From the NCBI GenBank assembly GCA_964416005.1, contig CAYQCP010000006.1, forward strand, positions 20,082 to 84,081: a DNA stretch of 64,000 bases, in the 5' to 3' direction. Shown here piece by piece: positions 45,474 to 54,977 of the stretch. The first letter of the stretch is position 1; every line of letters starts with the position of its first letter. The position numbers were made by a program, and so were the translations under genes. Source of the DNA: an uncultured Gemmatimonas sp. (GTDB taxonomy: Bacteria; Gemmatimonadota; Gemmatimonadetes; Gemmatimonadales; Gemmatimonadaceae). The notes beneath the pieces are model-generated. The model had not been told where the DNA came from. It worked only from the letters and a program-made list of their open reading frames with translations, and did no database searches.

Positions 45474-46133
45474 TTAGTCGTGCCGGCTGCGCGCGGCGTA
45501 CACGGGACGGAGTGCAGCGAGAAAGAGTTCGGTGCTGGAGTCGAGGAGCCGGTCATCGTCGATGACGAGCCCCGGCACGGCGGCGGCATGCTGCTGCCAC
45601 ATGAACTGGAGCATCAGGCCGGAGATGAGCACCCGTGCTCCCACCTCGTCGTCGGCATCGGAGCGGAACTCGCCGTGCTGCTTGCCCTCGGTGACGAGGG
45701 TGCCCAGCAGTTTCCAGAACCGCACGGGTCCGTCCCGCAGCCACCGCTCATGCGCGCGAGGCACTTCGGTGGCGACGTCGCGAAGCAACAGCGTAAGCAT
45801 GCGGTCGCCGGTGGTGGTCTCGCGCCGAGAGAAGACCTTGCGGATGACCATCCGGATGCGCGTCGCTGCGGAAAGCGCGGGGTCGCGCAGTGCATCCTCG
45901 GCGCGTCCGAAGGCCGCCGCCTGAAAGTGATTGATGACGCCGAGGAGGAGCGCTTCCTTGGTGTCGAAGTAGTAGTAGATGGCGCCCTTCGTCACGCCCG
46001 CAGCCTCGGCGACGTCATCGACGCGTGCGTGGCGATACCCCTGCGTGGCAAAGACCTGAAGCGCGGCGTCGAGCAGTTCGTGCATCCGCAGAGCCTGGCC
46101 GCGCTCGGGGGGCGTCGGCTTGCTGGTCTTCAT
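45474..46133 (-). CDS. TetR-family transcriptional regulator
   Basis: Internal ATG MKTSKP.... VDDVAEAAGVTKGAIYYYFDTKEALL. Confidence 0.85.
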   Translation of the reverse strand: MKTSKPTPPERGQALRMHELLDAALQVFATQGYRHARVDDVAEAAGVTKGAIYYYFDTKEALLLGVINHFQAAAFGRAEDALRDPALSAATRIRMVIRKVFSRRETTTGDRMLTLLLRDVATEVPRAHERWLRDGPVRFWKLLGTLVTEGKQHGEFRSDADDEVGARVLISGLMLQFMWQQHAAAVPGLVIDDDRLLDSSTELFLAALRPVYAARSRHD

Positions 46134-46170
46134 GACGATTGGGCCTCGGCGTGCCGAGCGGTTGCAATAT

Positions 46171-46191
46171 GACATACGCACAAGTATGTTA
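46171..46191. promoter_or_regulatory. Imperfect inverted repeat (candidate TetR operator)
   Basis: TGACATAC-gcaca-AGTATGTTA lies between the divergent TetR and MFS genes. Confidence 0.35.
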
Positions 46192-46299
46192 CGCGCCGTT
46201 GATCCCGCCGTCAAGGAGCAAGGCCGTGCATCCAGTGCTCTCCATTTGCCCGTGCATCCACGCCTGCGCCGCCGCCGCGACCTCGGCTGGCATCGCGCG

Positions 46300-47934
46300 A
46301 TGAGCAGCGAGCCGATAGCGCAGTCCGAGCTTCCGGTACGAGCGGGTGCCGTGCCGGCAGATGCCGCGCCACCGGTAGCCGCTCCCAGAGCAGAGCCTCA
46401 CAAGTACCTCATCGCCGCGGCCGTCGTGCTCGCGGCGCTGATGCAGGTCATCGACTCCTCGATTGTCAACGTCGCCCTCCCCGACATGATGGGGAACCTC
46501 GGCGCGAGCCTCGACGAGATCGCCTGGGTGTCGACCGGGTACATACTCGCGAGTGTCATCGTGATGCCGATGACGGGATTCCTTGGGGACCTGTTCGGCC
46601 GCAAGCGCTATTTCGTCGGCTCGATCATCCTGTTCACGATCGCGAGCTTCTTCTGCGGCGCGGCGCATTCGCTGGGGATGCTCATTTTCTGGCGCATCGT
46701 GCAGGGACTTGGCGGCGGAGCCCTGATGACCGTCTCGCAGGCCGTCCTGCTGGAGTCCTTCCCGCCCGAGGAGGCGGGGACGGCGATGGCGCTCTTCGGG
46801 CTCGGCGTCATGGTGGGACCGACCATCGGACCGACGCTCGGCGGCTACATCGTGGACCACGCCGGCTGGCCGTGGATCTTCTACATCAACATCCCGCTGG
46901 GGATCCTCGCGGCGTCCATGATCACCGCGTACGTGCATGACTCGGCGCACCAGGAGAAGCCGAGCCACATCGACTATACGGGCATCATCCTCCTCGCCCT
47001 GAGCGTATCGGCGATGCAGTACGTGCTCGAGCACGGCGAGCGGGAAGACTGGTTCGAGTCGCGGCGCATCATCGAGCTCTCCGTCATCGCCGCCGTAGGA
47101 TGGGGTGCCCTCATGTGGCGGGAGTTCACAACGGCGCATCCCGTGATCGACTTCCGCGTGCTCCGCCACCGCCAGGTGTGGGTGGGGACGCTGCTCGGCG
47201 TGGTGATGGGCATTGGACTGTACGCGATGTCGTTCACGCTGCCGGTCTTCCTGCAAAACAACCTGCGGATGACCGCGCAGCAGACGGGACTTGTGCTCCT
47301 TCCCGGCGCCCTCGCGACGGCGGTGTCTATGGGCGTCGTGGGCAAGCTGACGAACCGCTACGACGCGCGCTGGCTGATCACCATCGGCGCGGCGCTGTTC
47401 GCGACGGCGGCGTGGAACCTCTCGCAAATCACCAGCGAGAGCGGCACGCACGACTTCTTCTGGCCACTCATCGGGCGCGGGCTTGGGCTCGGCATGATGT
47501 TTGTGCCGCTGACCACGCTCACGCTTACGGGGCTTGCACCGAGAGACCTGCCGCAGGCGGTGGGGCTCTACAGCTTCTTCCGGCAGATCGGCGGTTCATT
47601 CGGCATTGCGGGGATCGCCACGCTCGTTGCGCGCCATACCGCGGAGTATCGCTCCGTGCTCGGCGAGCACCTCACCAGCTCGGACCCGCAGGTGCTCGCG
47701 CGCGTGGAGTTGCTGACACGCGCGATGATTGCGCGCGGCGCCGACGCGGGGACTGCGCACCAGCGCGCGCTGGCGATGCTGGACCGCATGGTGCTCGGCC
47801 AGGCCAGCGTGCTCGCCTATGCCCGCATCTACCTGCTGGCGGCGGGGCTCATGCTAGTCCTTGTGCCGCTCCTGTTGCTCGTGCGCCGTCCACGAGCGTC
47901 CAAGGCAGGCGCCGAGCACGCCATCATGGAGTGA
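46300..47934 (+). CDS. MFS drug:H+ antiporter, EmrB/QacA (DHA2) type
   Basis: Internal ATG MSSEPIAQ.... VIDSSIVNVALPDMMGNLGASLDEIAWVSTGYILA and GDLFGRKRYF. About 14 hydrophobic segments. Confidence 0.9.
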   Translation: MSSEPIAQSELPVRAGAVPADAAPPVAAPRAEPHKYLIAAAVVLAALMQVIDSSIVNVALPDMMGNLGASLDEIAWVSTGYILASVIVMPMTGFLGDLFGRKRYFVGSIILFTIASFFCGAAHSLGMLIFWRIVQGLGGGALMTVSQAVLLESFPPEEAGTAMALFGLGVMVGPTIGPTLGGYIVDHAGWPWIFYINIPLGILAASMITAYVHDSAHQEKPSHIDYTGIILLALSVSAMQYVLEHGEREDWFESRRIIELSVIAAVGWGALMWREFTTAHPVIDFRVLRHRQVWVGTLLGVVMGIGLYAMSFTLPVFLQNNLRMTAQQTGLVLLPGALATAVSMGVVGKLTNRYDARWLITIGAALFATAAWNLSQITSESGTHDFFWPLIGRGLGLGMMFVPLTTLTLTGLAPRDLPQAVGLYSFFRQIGGSFGIAGIATLVARHTAEYRSVLGEHLTSSDPQVLARVELLTRAMIARGADAGTAHQRALAMLDRMVLGQASVLAYARIYLLAAGLMLVLVPLLLLVRRPRASKAGAEHAIME

Positions 47935-48192
47935 GTCGCATACGCGGCGTGTGCGGAGAGCCGTGCGCAGAGAGGCAGCCCGGGAGTATCGCCAGGACAG
48001 ACGGGGTACGAGAGCCGGGATCCACGAAGGTAGGATACGCTACGAGGCATGTCACCTCTCGCGCTGGCCGAACTCGTGCGGCGCCAGGAGTGTTCTCGCG
48101 CCGTCGCCGCGACGGGCCCGGCGGAACTTGCCATCATCCGGATCTTTCTATGCCGAGAAGGCCTAGGAGCCGGGGACTGGTGAAATCTACCG

Positions 48193-48238
48193 ACGGTCGT
48201 GTCGCACGGTCGTGTCGCACGGTCGTGTCGCACGGTCG
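48193..48238. repeat. 13-nt tandem repeat, about 3.5 copies
   Basis: acggtcgtgtcgc occurs 3 times, followed by acggtcgaggc. Confidence 0.8.
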
Positions 48239-48399
48239 AGGCTGCGGCGGGCTGCTGCGTACCGGCGCCTCGCACCCCCTCGGTGGCATCGAGGGCCGCC
48301 GCCAGCATGGCTGGCCCCACGCCGTATACAACACTATGAGGGCTTCCCGACGCCCGGATTCGGCATAGCTTGTTTGGCGTGGCTCGGGCGGGTTCCTTG

Positions 48400-49515
48400 C
48401 ACCATTCCTAGGGAAGCTCTGAACAGGTGATCGTGCAGGCCGATGTGGATAACAAAGAGGAGTGTACTGCTCGGCGCGTGCGTATGGGTGGTCAGAAGTC
48501 GACGAGATTTGGACTCGGGGCCCCTGTTGTGGGGCCCTTCGGCCGCCCCCGCGGCCCGCATGGGGACACTACGTGCCCTGGGGCATCAACTGGTGCCGCA
48601 CGAGATAGAGGTTGGCCAGCGTGCAGGCCGCATACGCGCGGGTGGTGTTTTTGACGAGCCCGCGATAGCGGACCTTCGCGAAGCCCCAGAGCCGCTTTAC
48701 CACGTGGAAGACGTGCTCGCCCCGCGCCCGCGTCCGGGAGCGCGTCGCGTTGATCGCGTCCCAGTATTTCGTTCGCTTCCCGTTCTTGTTCACCCGATAG
48801 CGTCCGCCGCCGAGCTCCCAGTTGATCTTGTCGTCGCGCTTGTAGTACGCCTTGTCGCCCCACAGGGTCGATTCCTGCCCGTGGATCAAATACGGCAGCT
48901 GTGTGATGTCCGCTTGGGCGGCGTTGGTGGTCGTGAGGGAATGGACGAGGCCGCGCCGATCCGTGCCCACATGGAGCTTCATCCCGAAGTACCACTGCTT
49001 GCCCTGGCGCGTCTGTTTCATCTCCGGATCCCGGGCCTTGCTCGCGTTCTTCGTCGAACTCGGCGCCGCAATGATCGTCGCGTCCACGATGGTCCCCGCC
49101 TTGAGCAGCAGGTGTCGGTCCTCAAGCAGCGTCTTGACCGCCGCGAACATCGCCGCCGTCAACTGGTGTTCCTCCAGCAGATGCCGGAAGCGCAGGATCG
49201 TCGACTCGTCGGGGACGGTATCCTCCCCCAAGTCCACTCGCGCAAAGCGGCGCATGGCTTCCGAGTCGTACAGCATGTCCTCGGCCTGCGGGTCCGACAG
49301 ATCGAACCACTGCTGCAGGAAGTACACGCGGAGCATCGTCTCCAGTGGCAGCGGCCGGCGGCCCCGCCCCGGTGTCGCGTAGTGCGGCGCAACCAGGGCG
49401 CGCAGCGGGGCCCAAGGAATCACGGCGTCCATCTCGCGGAGGAAGCGCTCGCGGCGCGTCACCTTGCCCTTCGTCTCGTACCTGCAGACAACTGAAAGCC
49501 AATTGAGCTGGCCGA
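48400..49515 (-). mobile_element. IS5-family insertion sequence (ends approximate)
   Basis: Transposase gene. GGAAGCTCTGAAC... after CTAG at about 48412 resembles an IS5-type terminus. The opposite terminus and the target duplication were not confidently found. Confidence 0.45.
48569..49462 (-). CDS. IS5-family DDE transposase
   Basis: TRRERFLREMDAVIPW..., GRRPLPLETMLRVYFLQQWFDLSD, ILRFRHLLEEHQL, GTIVDATIIAAPSSTKN, DPEMKQTRQGKQWYFGMKLH and RARGEHVFHVVKRLWGF are close to the E. coli IS5 transposase as I remember it. GTG start. Confidence 0.9.
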   Translation of the reverse strand: MTRRERFLREMDAVIPWAPLRALVAPHYATPGRGRRPLPLETMLRVYFLQQWFDLSDPQAEDMLYDSEAMRRFARVDLGEDTVPDESTILRFRHLLEEHQLTAAMFAAVKTLLEDRHLLLKAGTIVDATIIAAPSSTKNASKARDPEMKQTRQGKQWYFGMKLHVGTDRRGLVHSLTTTNAAQADITQLPYLIHGQESTLWGDKAYYKRDDKINWELGGGRYRVNKNGKRTKYWDAINATRSRTRARGEHVFHVVKRLWGFAKVRYRGLVKNTTRAYAACTLANLYLVRHQLMPQGT

Positions 49516-50908
49516 ACGGATCACGTCACCGTCGACGCTGTAGCTTTCCCGCATGACCGACTTCCTGCGATTGCCGCACTGGGATGTCCAAGCCGTCCAT
49601 GAGCACGCGAGCGGCTACCGCGTGGACGCCACCTACGCCAGGCAGCCCGCGTGCTGCTCCAAATGCGGTGTTGTCGACGAGTTGTACCGGCACGGCACGC
49701 TCGCCCAGGCGTTGAACGACACCACCCACAGCGGCAAACCGGTCGTCATCGACTGGCAGCGCCAGCGGTACCGGTGTCGGGCCTGCGAGGCGACGTTTCT
49801 CCAAGCCGCTCTCGACGTCGATGACAAGCACCTGATGACGCGGCGGCTCGTGCAGCACATCGAGAAGGCCACTCTGCGGCGGACGTACGTGGCCGTGGCC
49901 GAGGAAGTGGGGGTGTCTGAGGGCACCATCCGCAGTGTCTTCAGGGCCTACGCTGACCGCTTGGAGGCCGACCACGTCTTTTCGGCCCCCGGCGTCCTCG
50001 GCATCGACGAGTTGCATCTCCGAGGCAAGGCCCGGTGCATCTTGACGAACATCAGCGACCGGCAAATCCTCGACTTCTTGGAGGACCGCACCAAGGACGT
50101 CGTTTATCGCGCCCTATTGCGGCTGGAACACCGCGAGCGGGTGCAGATCGTGACGATGGACATGTACCGGCCCTACCTGACCGTGACGAAGCTCGTCTTC
50201 CCGAAGGCCGTCGCCGTGGTCGACAAGTTCCACATCCAGCGCATGGCGTCGCAGTCTCTCGACGCGATGCGGAAACTGGTCGGGAAGCGCGTCAGTAGGC
50301 GCCGGGGCACGTTCATCAAGCGCCACCGCCACGTCTTGCTGGCCCGCCCGGCGAACCTGACCGACGAGCAGCGCCTGCTCCTGTCCGAGTGGCTGGGCGA
50401 GATCCCCGAACTGCGCGCTGCCTACGACCTCAAGGAGCAGTTCTACGACATCTGGGAAGAGAAGGGCGTTACGGCAGCTAGGCGATCCCTGCACGCGTGG
50501 CGGGCGGCCGTGCCCGTGAACCTGACGCACCTGTTCAAGCCGCTCATCACGGCATCGACCAACTGGGAGGCTGAGATCCTCAATTTCTTCGCCACGGAGG
50601 GCGTGACCAACGCCTTCACCGAGGCCATGAATCGCACGCTCCGGGACATCGACCGCGCAGGTCGGGGCTACTCCTTCGAGGCCCTGCGGGTCAGGGCGCT
50701 GTTCGCTCATGGCGTCGTCACCAAGCGACGTCCAGCCCGCCTCGGCCTTGAGCGCCGAGACGTCATGGGATACCGCCCCAACCTGATGGGCTGGCAGCTC
50801 CCGTCCGTGGACATGTCGGAGGCCATCGGCATCCCACTTTCCACATTCGCCAAGGCGCTGAAGGAGCGGTTCACCTAACACTGTTTCCACACTCTTTTAC
50901 GCAGAGCC
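49516..50908 (+). mobile_element. ISL3-family insertion sequence (left end unresolved)
   Basis: Transposase gene. The right terminus reads GGCTCTGCGTAAAAGAGTG on the complement and ends at 50908. No matching left inverted repeat was recognised next to the IS5 element. Confidence 0.45.
49553..50878 (+). CDS. ISL3-family transposase
   Basis: N-terminal zinc finger CCSKCGVV...YRCRACEATF. DDE_Tnp_ISL3 body (GIDELHLRGKARCILTNI, VTMDMYRPY, VDKFHI). Confidence 0.9.
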   Translation: MTDFLRLPHWDVQAVHEHASGYRVDATYARQPACCSKCGVVDELYRHGTLAQALNDTTHSGKPVVIDWQRQRYRCRACEATFLQAALDVDDKHLMTRRLVQHIEKATLRRTYVAVAEEVGVSEGTIRSVFRAYADRLEADHVFSAPGVLGIDELHLRGKARCILTNISDRQILDFLEDRTKDVVYRALLRLEHRERVQIVTMDMYRPYLTVTKLVFPKAVAVVDKFHIQRMASQSLDAMRKLVGKRVSRRRGTFIKRHRHVLLARPANLTDEQRLLLSEWLGEIPELRAAYDLKEQFYDIWEEKGVTAARRSLHAWRAAVPVNLTHLFKPLITASTNWEAEILNFFATEGVTNAFTEAMNRTLRDIDRAGRGYSFEALRVRALFAHGVVTKRRPARLGLERRDVMGYRPNLMGWQLPSVDMSEAIGIPLSTFAKALKERFT

Positions 50909-51577
50909 TCAATCTGCCTGCTCGTCCGGCCAGGCTTTCATCGAACCGGCAAACCGGCGCCGGACCTCCGGATCGAGGACGGCGAGGGCGCGAAGGCGCA
51001 AGATGGCCCGCTGATATCGCCGTCGCGCCGCGGTCCACGAAATGCCGAGACTCGCACCGACGTCGCACCACTCTTGGTTGAGCACCAGACGGTGCCACAG
51101 GACTGCGGAGTCTTGTTCGCGCAGCGTCCAAGACAGCCACGCGATGCGACCCGCCAGCCCTGGGTCGTCATCCTCCGCACCCGCCGACGAGCGCAACGCG
51201 CTCTCGATTTCGACGGAGATGGTTGGCATTCGCCACTCTGGGCGCAGCACGTCTGCCGCCGTGCAGCGCGCGATTGCCGTGACCCAGCCCACAGCCTCGG
51301 CATCGGACTGTGCTCGACACTTCGCCCGGTTGACCCACAGACGCAGGAGGGCCTCCTGCACAACATCATCCATGAGGCCCCGGCGGAGCAGTACGCCATC
51401 GATCCAGCGCCGCAGCGTGCGTCTGACGATGACTTCGGCAGCCACGATCAACGCACGCGGCGCGAACGCCGATGCTTCCGCGTCGATTGCTGCCGACGCT
51501 CGCAGCAACGCGAGAAACGACTCGTCGCTCACGGGACCTCCCTCGGCGGAAGGTGTCAGACAAGGGACAGACAGCAA
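50909..51577 (-). CDS. Sigma-70 family (ECF-like) factor
   Basis: Region-2-like DDVVQEALLRLWVN and region-4 HTH DVGASLGISWTAARRRYQRAILRLR. The stop codon abuts the ISL3 terminus. Confidence 0.55.
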   Translation of the reverse strand: MLSVPCLTPSAEGGPVSDESFLALLRASAAIDAEASAFAPRALIVAAEVIVRRTLRRWIDGVLLRRGLMDDVVQEALLRLWVNRAKCRAQSDAEAVGWVTAIARCTAADVLRPEWRMPTISVEIESALRSSAGAEDDDPGLAGRIAWLSWTLREQDSAVLWHRLVLNQEWCDVGASLGISWTAARRRYQRAILRLRALAVLDPEVRRRFAGSMKAWPDEQAD

Positions 51578-51657
51578 CGAGACAAGCCGAATTGCTGTGT
51601 TTTGTCTGTCGTTCTTTTGTCTGTAGACGAATTCGCGACACCGTGAGATACATCGGC

Positions 51658-51906
51658 ATGACCAGTCGGCGTCCGAGTCGCCTACCCATCGGCCCCTGCC
51701 TCCGAGCGCTCCGCGTGGAAGCGGGCCTTTCGCAAGAGGCGTTGGCGGATCTCGCCGGGGTCCATCGGACTTTCGTGGGTCTCGTCGAACAGAACCGGCG
51801 GCATCCTCGTGTGGACTCCGTCGATCGGGTGCTCAGGGCACTCGGGGTCGATTGGACGGAGTTCGGTCGACGACTTGACGCCGCTCGAAGAGGACCCGGC
51901 GGCTGA
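51658..51906 (+). CDS. XRE-family HTH protein
   Basis: Internal ATG. LRALRVEAGLSQEALADLAGVHRTFVGLVEQNRRHP. Confidence 0.7.
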   Translation: MTSRRPSRLPIGPCLRALRVEAGLSQEALADLAGVHRTFVGLVEQNRRHPRVDSVDRVLRALGVDWTEFGRRLDAARRGPGG

Positions 51907-51924
51907 CCTGCGGTCGAGCGATGT

Positions 51925-52809
51925 GTGATGACTCCCCGCAGTCTGTCGGGTGCTATTCTGGCGCTCGATGTCAGACTCGCCAGCACGACCACGACGCTTC
52001 CATTCAATCCCCTGCATATGCTACCGCGAGCAATCGCAGAGACGACGCAGCCCGAACGCCGGTCCAACTCCACGCGATCGCGCCGTCCGATTGGCTCTCA
52101 CTTGAGCCGAAGTGTCACGACTCTCGGGGGATCTCTTCTAAAGACGAGTATTCCCGTCGCCGTGCTCTATTTCTGGGGTGCGGCATACTACGACAGCTAT
52201 CTCACCGGACTTGGGTTCCGGGAGGGCGCGCCGCGACTAGACACGGCCGCTTACCTTATTGCCTCATGGCGAGCGCTTGCGAGCGCGAGCCTCACAGGCC
52301 TCCAGGGGATGCTCATTGTCGTCTTCGCCGCATTCATCACAAACGTATGGTCGGCCCTAGATGGCTTCCGTGTCGCCTCGCGCTCACGCAAGGCAGAAAC
52401 ACCGGCGGCAGACCACGGGAAGCCTTCGTTCGCACTTACGGTTCTTGGCATGAGGGTGGAGCGCGCGGGCACGCACGCCTTGCGGCAACTGGCGGCTTTT
52501 GCTGGCGTGGCGGTGGCGCTTCTCGTGGCCCTTCATGAGACTGCCGCGATGACGAAGTATGGCCACGAAGCCGCCGTCGCCACGCTTGAGACTTGCCGTG
52601 ACGCCAGCATCACGTTTGAGGGCAGCATTCCCGAACAGTTGAAATACTGCACGCGGCTTGGAGACCAGATTGTGTTGAGGGACGACACGGTGTCGATTCT
52701 TGTCGACGCGAGCAAGGTCGTGCGGATCGCTCTCCGCGCGAGGACTCAGGCTGGGCAGGTCGGCGGCGGTAGACACACCATCGTCGACCGAGAGAAGCGC
52801 AGGCCGTAG
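51925..52809 (+). CDS. Hypothetical membrane protein
   Basis: Hydrophobic segments IPVAVLYFWGAAYY, GMLIVVFAAFITNVW and LAAFAGVAVALLVAL. Start uncertain. Confidence 0.45.
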   Translation: MMTPRSLSGAILALDVRLASTTTTLPFNPLHMLPRAIAETTQPERRSNSTRSRRPIGSHLSRSVTTLGGSLLKTSIPVAVLYFWGAAYYDSYLTGLGFREGAPRLDTAAYLIASWRALASASLTGLQGMLIVVFAAFITNVWSALDGFRVASRSRKAETPAADHGKPSFALTVLGMRVERAGTHALRQLAAFAGVAVALLVALHETAAMTKYGHEAAVATLETCRDASITFEGSIPEQLKYCTRLGDQIVLRDDTVSILVDASKVVRIALRARTQAGQVGGGRHTIVDREKRRP

Positions 52810-53049
52810 CGGTTTCCGCCGGGCGTCGCGCGGAGCGTGGGTCGACGAGCAAGGCGATTCGATGTCCCGGATTCCCTTTGCTCGCGGCGGCATAGAAACT
52901 CGGCGCGGGCAGGCGCGAGCGTGTAAGACCGGGGCCACACGGCGCCCACACGCGCGACAGATTGCACTCGGTCCCTCTGGGCAATCTGCGGAAGAAACTG
53001 ACCGGCCTGCGAGTAACTTACGAGGTTACCGGCACTTGCGTACGCATCC

Positions 53050-53098
<49 letters not shown>

Positions 53099-53107
53099 GA
53101 GTCAGCG

Positions 53108-53148
53108 AAGGCCCGCCACGCGGTTGCGTGGCGGGCCTTTTCGTTTTC
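53108..53148 (+). terminator. Rho-independent terminator
   Basis: AAGGCCCGCCACGC-ggtt-GCGTGGCGGGCCTT, followed by TTCGTTTTC. Confidence 0.75.
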
Positions 53149-53272
53149 GTGAGGGCGGCGCGGATGCGGGTTTCGCTGACATCGCCGCACGGCAACGCCC
53201 TATTATATACCGATATAGGAATATATACAATTCAACAGCGCATCACAACAGCCTCACACGCACGGAGTCACC

Positions 53273-53716
53273 ATGTCGGCCCCAAAGCAGCGTGATCCGA
53301 TGGTCATCACCCACGTCGGCGGTGTGCAATTCGCCGCGCAGGTACGCTCGCACCGCCTCCTCGTCGACCAGCCGGAACGCGGCGGCGGCGCGGACGCCGG
53401 TCCCTCTCCAATCGAACTCCTTGGCGTCTCGCTTGGCACCTGCGTGGCGCTGTATGTCCAGCAGTTCTGCCACTCGCGCGGCCTATCCCACGACGGCATG
53501 CGCGTGGAGCTGCAGCAGCGCGGCGCGCAGAACCCGAACCGCATCGGCGAGTTCGCCGTGAAGGTGGTGCTGCCCGCCGGCATCCCGGCGGAACACGTGG
53601 AGATGCTCGAGCGGGTGGCACGCAGCTGCCCGGCGCACAACACGCTGACGCACGGCGCCGAGGTGGCCATGGAGTTCGAGGTGGGCGCCCCGCAGGCGCC
53701 GGTCGTCACCGCCTGA
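53273..53716 (+). CDS. OsmC/Ohr-family peroxiredoxin-like protein
   Basis: PSPIELLGVSLGTCVALYV and ARSCPAHNTLTHG. Confidence 0.9.
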   Translation: MSAPKQRDPMVITHVGGVQFAAQVRSHRLLVDQPERGGGADAGPSPIELLGVSLGTCVALYVQQFCHSRGLSHDGMRVELQQRGAQNPNRIGEFAVKVVLPAGIPAEHVEMLERVARSCPAHNTLTHGAEVAMEFEVGAPQAPVVTA

Positions 53717-53776
53717 TCGTGCCGTGCTTCCGGGTCCGGCGCGCCGGACGCGGATGCCGCACCTGCCGAGGAGTAC

Positions 53777-54268
53777 ATGTCCAAGTCGTCGAGGACGCGC
53801 GCACGATCGCGCCAACCGTCCGCCGTGCCGAAGATCATCACCACCGTCGGCATCGTGGCCATCATCGTGGCGGCGGTCGTCGCGGCGAACACGCTCAGCC
53901 GCCCGTCGAGTGCGCCGGCGGCGGACAACGCCCTGGCAGCGCAGCCCGTCCCCCGTGCGAACACCGTGGCGCAGGCCACGGCGAGCGCGGAGGCCTCTGG
54001 CCGACTGCTGCTCTTCTTCATGAATCCGGACGGCTACCCCTGCCAGGAGCAGCAACAGATCCTGAACGGCGTTGCCGATTCGCTGTCGAAGGTGGCGCAG
54101 GTGGTCTACATCAAGACCACCGTGCCCGCGGACATGCAGAAGTTCGCGGCGTACGGCATTCGCGCGCTGCCCAGTCTCGTCATCGCGGACCGGAACGGCG
54201 CGGAACTGACGCGGTTCGCGCCGGGCATCCAGAGCGCCGATGTGGTGCTCGCCGCGCTGACGAAGTAA
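53777..54268 (+). CDS. Membrane-anchored thioredoxin-fold protein (single Cys in the motif position)
   Basis: N-terminal anchor IITTVGIVAIIVAAVVAA. LLLFFMNPDGYPCQEQ and YGIRALPSLVIADRNG. Confidence 0.65.
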   Translation: MSKSSRTRARSRQPSAVPKIITTVGIVAIIVAAVVAANTLSRPSSAPAADNALAAQPVPRANTVAQATASAEASGRLLLFFMNPDGYPCQEQQQILNGVADSLSKVAQVVYIKTTVPADMQKFAAYGIRALPSLVIADRNGAELTRFAPGIQSADVVLAALTK

Positions 54269-54272
54269 TCGC

Positions 54273-54926
54273 ATGGTCGGCGAGCTGAACGCACTGCTGG
54301 TCCTCGGCGCCGGCGTGGCGAGCGTACTCTCGCCGTGCGTGATTCCCGTGGTGCCGCTGATCGTGACTGGCACCGCCACCGATCACAAACTGCGACCCGT
54401 GCTCATCGTGAGCGGACTGGCGCTGGCCTTCATCGCGATGGGCGTCGTCTCCTCGCTGTCTGGCGCGATCATCGGCCCGTGGATGTACAAGGCGGAAAAG
54501 GTGGTCGGCGCCATCATCGTGCTGTTCGGCCTGCTGCTGCTGCTCGACGTCAACCTGTTCAGGCACCTCGGCGGACTCTCCCGCCTCGCCGAACGTGCCG
54601 GTGGCCGGAGCAACGGGTTCGTCCTCGGCCTGCTGCTCGGCGTCATCTGGATCCCCTGCGTGGGGCCGATGCTCTCGGGAGTGCTGGCGTTGGTCGCAAC
54701 AGGGCAGCGGGTCATGAGTGGCATCGCGTACCTGCTCATCTACTCCGTCGGGTTCGCCATTCCGATGCTGCTCGTCGCGTACGCCTCGCAGGCCGTGCGC
54801 GGTCGGTTTCGCGCGATGGCCGGTGGACAGCGGGTGGTCAACGCCGCGAGCGGCGCATTGTTGATCGTCCTCGGGCTGTTCATCGTGTTCAGGGGCGTGG
54901 CCGCCTTCGGGTCGCTGCTGGCGTAA
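54273..54926 (+). CDS. Cytochrome c biogenesis CcdA/DsbD-type thiol-disulfide transporter
   Basis: VLSPCVIPVVPLIV and IWIPCVGPMLSGVLAL. Six hydrophobic segments. Confidence 0.85.
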   Translation: MVGELNALLVLGAGVASVLSPCVIPVVPLIVTGTATDHKLRPVLIVSGLALAFIAMGVVSSLSGAIIGPWMYKAEKVVGAIIVLFGLLLLLDVNLFRHLGGLSRLAERAGGRSNGFVLGLLLGVIWIPCVGPMLSGVLALVATGQRVMSGIAYLLIYSVGFAIPMLLVAYASQAVRGRFRAMAGGQRVVNAASGALLIVLGLFIVFRGVAAFGSLLA

Positions 54927-54977
54927 CGGGTGGGCGGGGCTGAAATCCCCGGATTTCCCGTTAGGTTTCCGTACGTG

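Noticed and set aside
44216-45589. 457-aa minus-strand and 318-aa plus-strand ORFs
   Set aside because: Both overlap the SnoaL-like and cytidylate-kinase-like genes out of frame or antisense. They are Arg/Pro/Gly-rich.
46189-47451. 420-aa minus-strand ORF
   Set aside because: It is antisense to the MFS transporter. It is rich in charged and Arg residues, with no hydrophobic pattern or motif.
48193-48238. CRISPR array
   Set aside because: The repeat unit is 13 nt and the copies are directly adjacent with no spacers. No cas genes are in the window, and I noticed no other spaced-repeat array anywhere.
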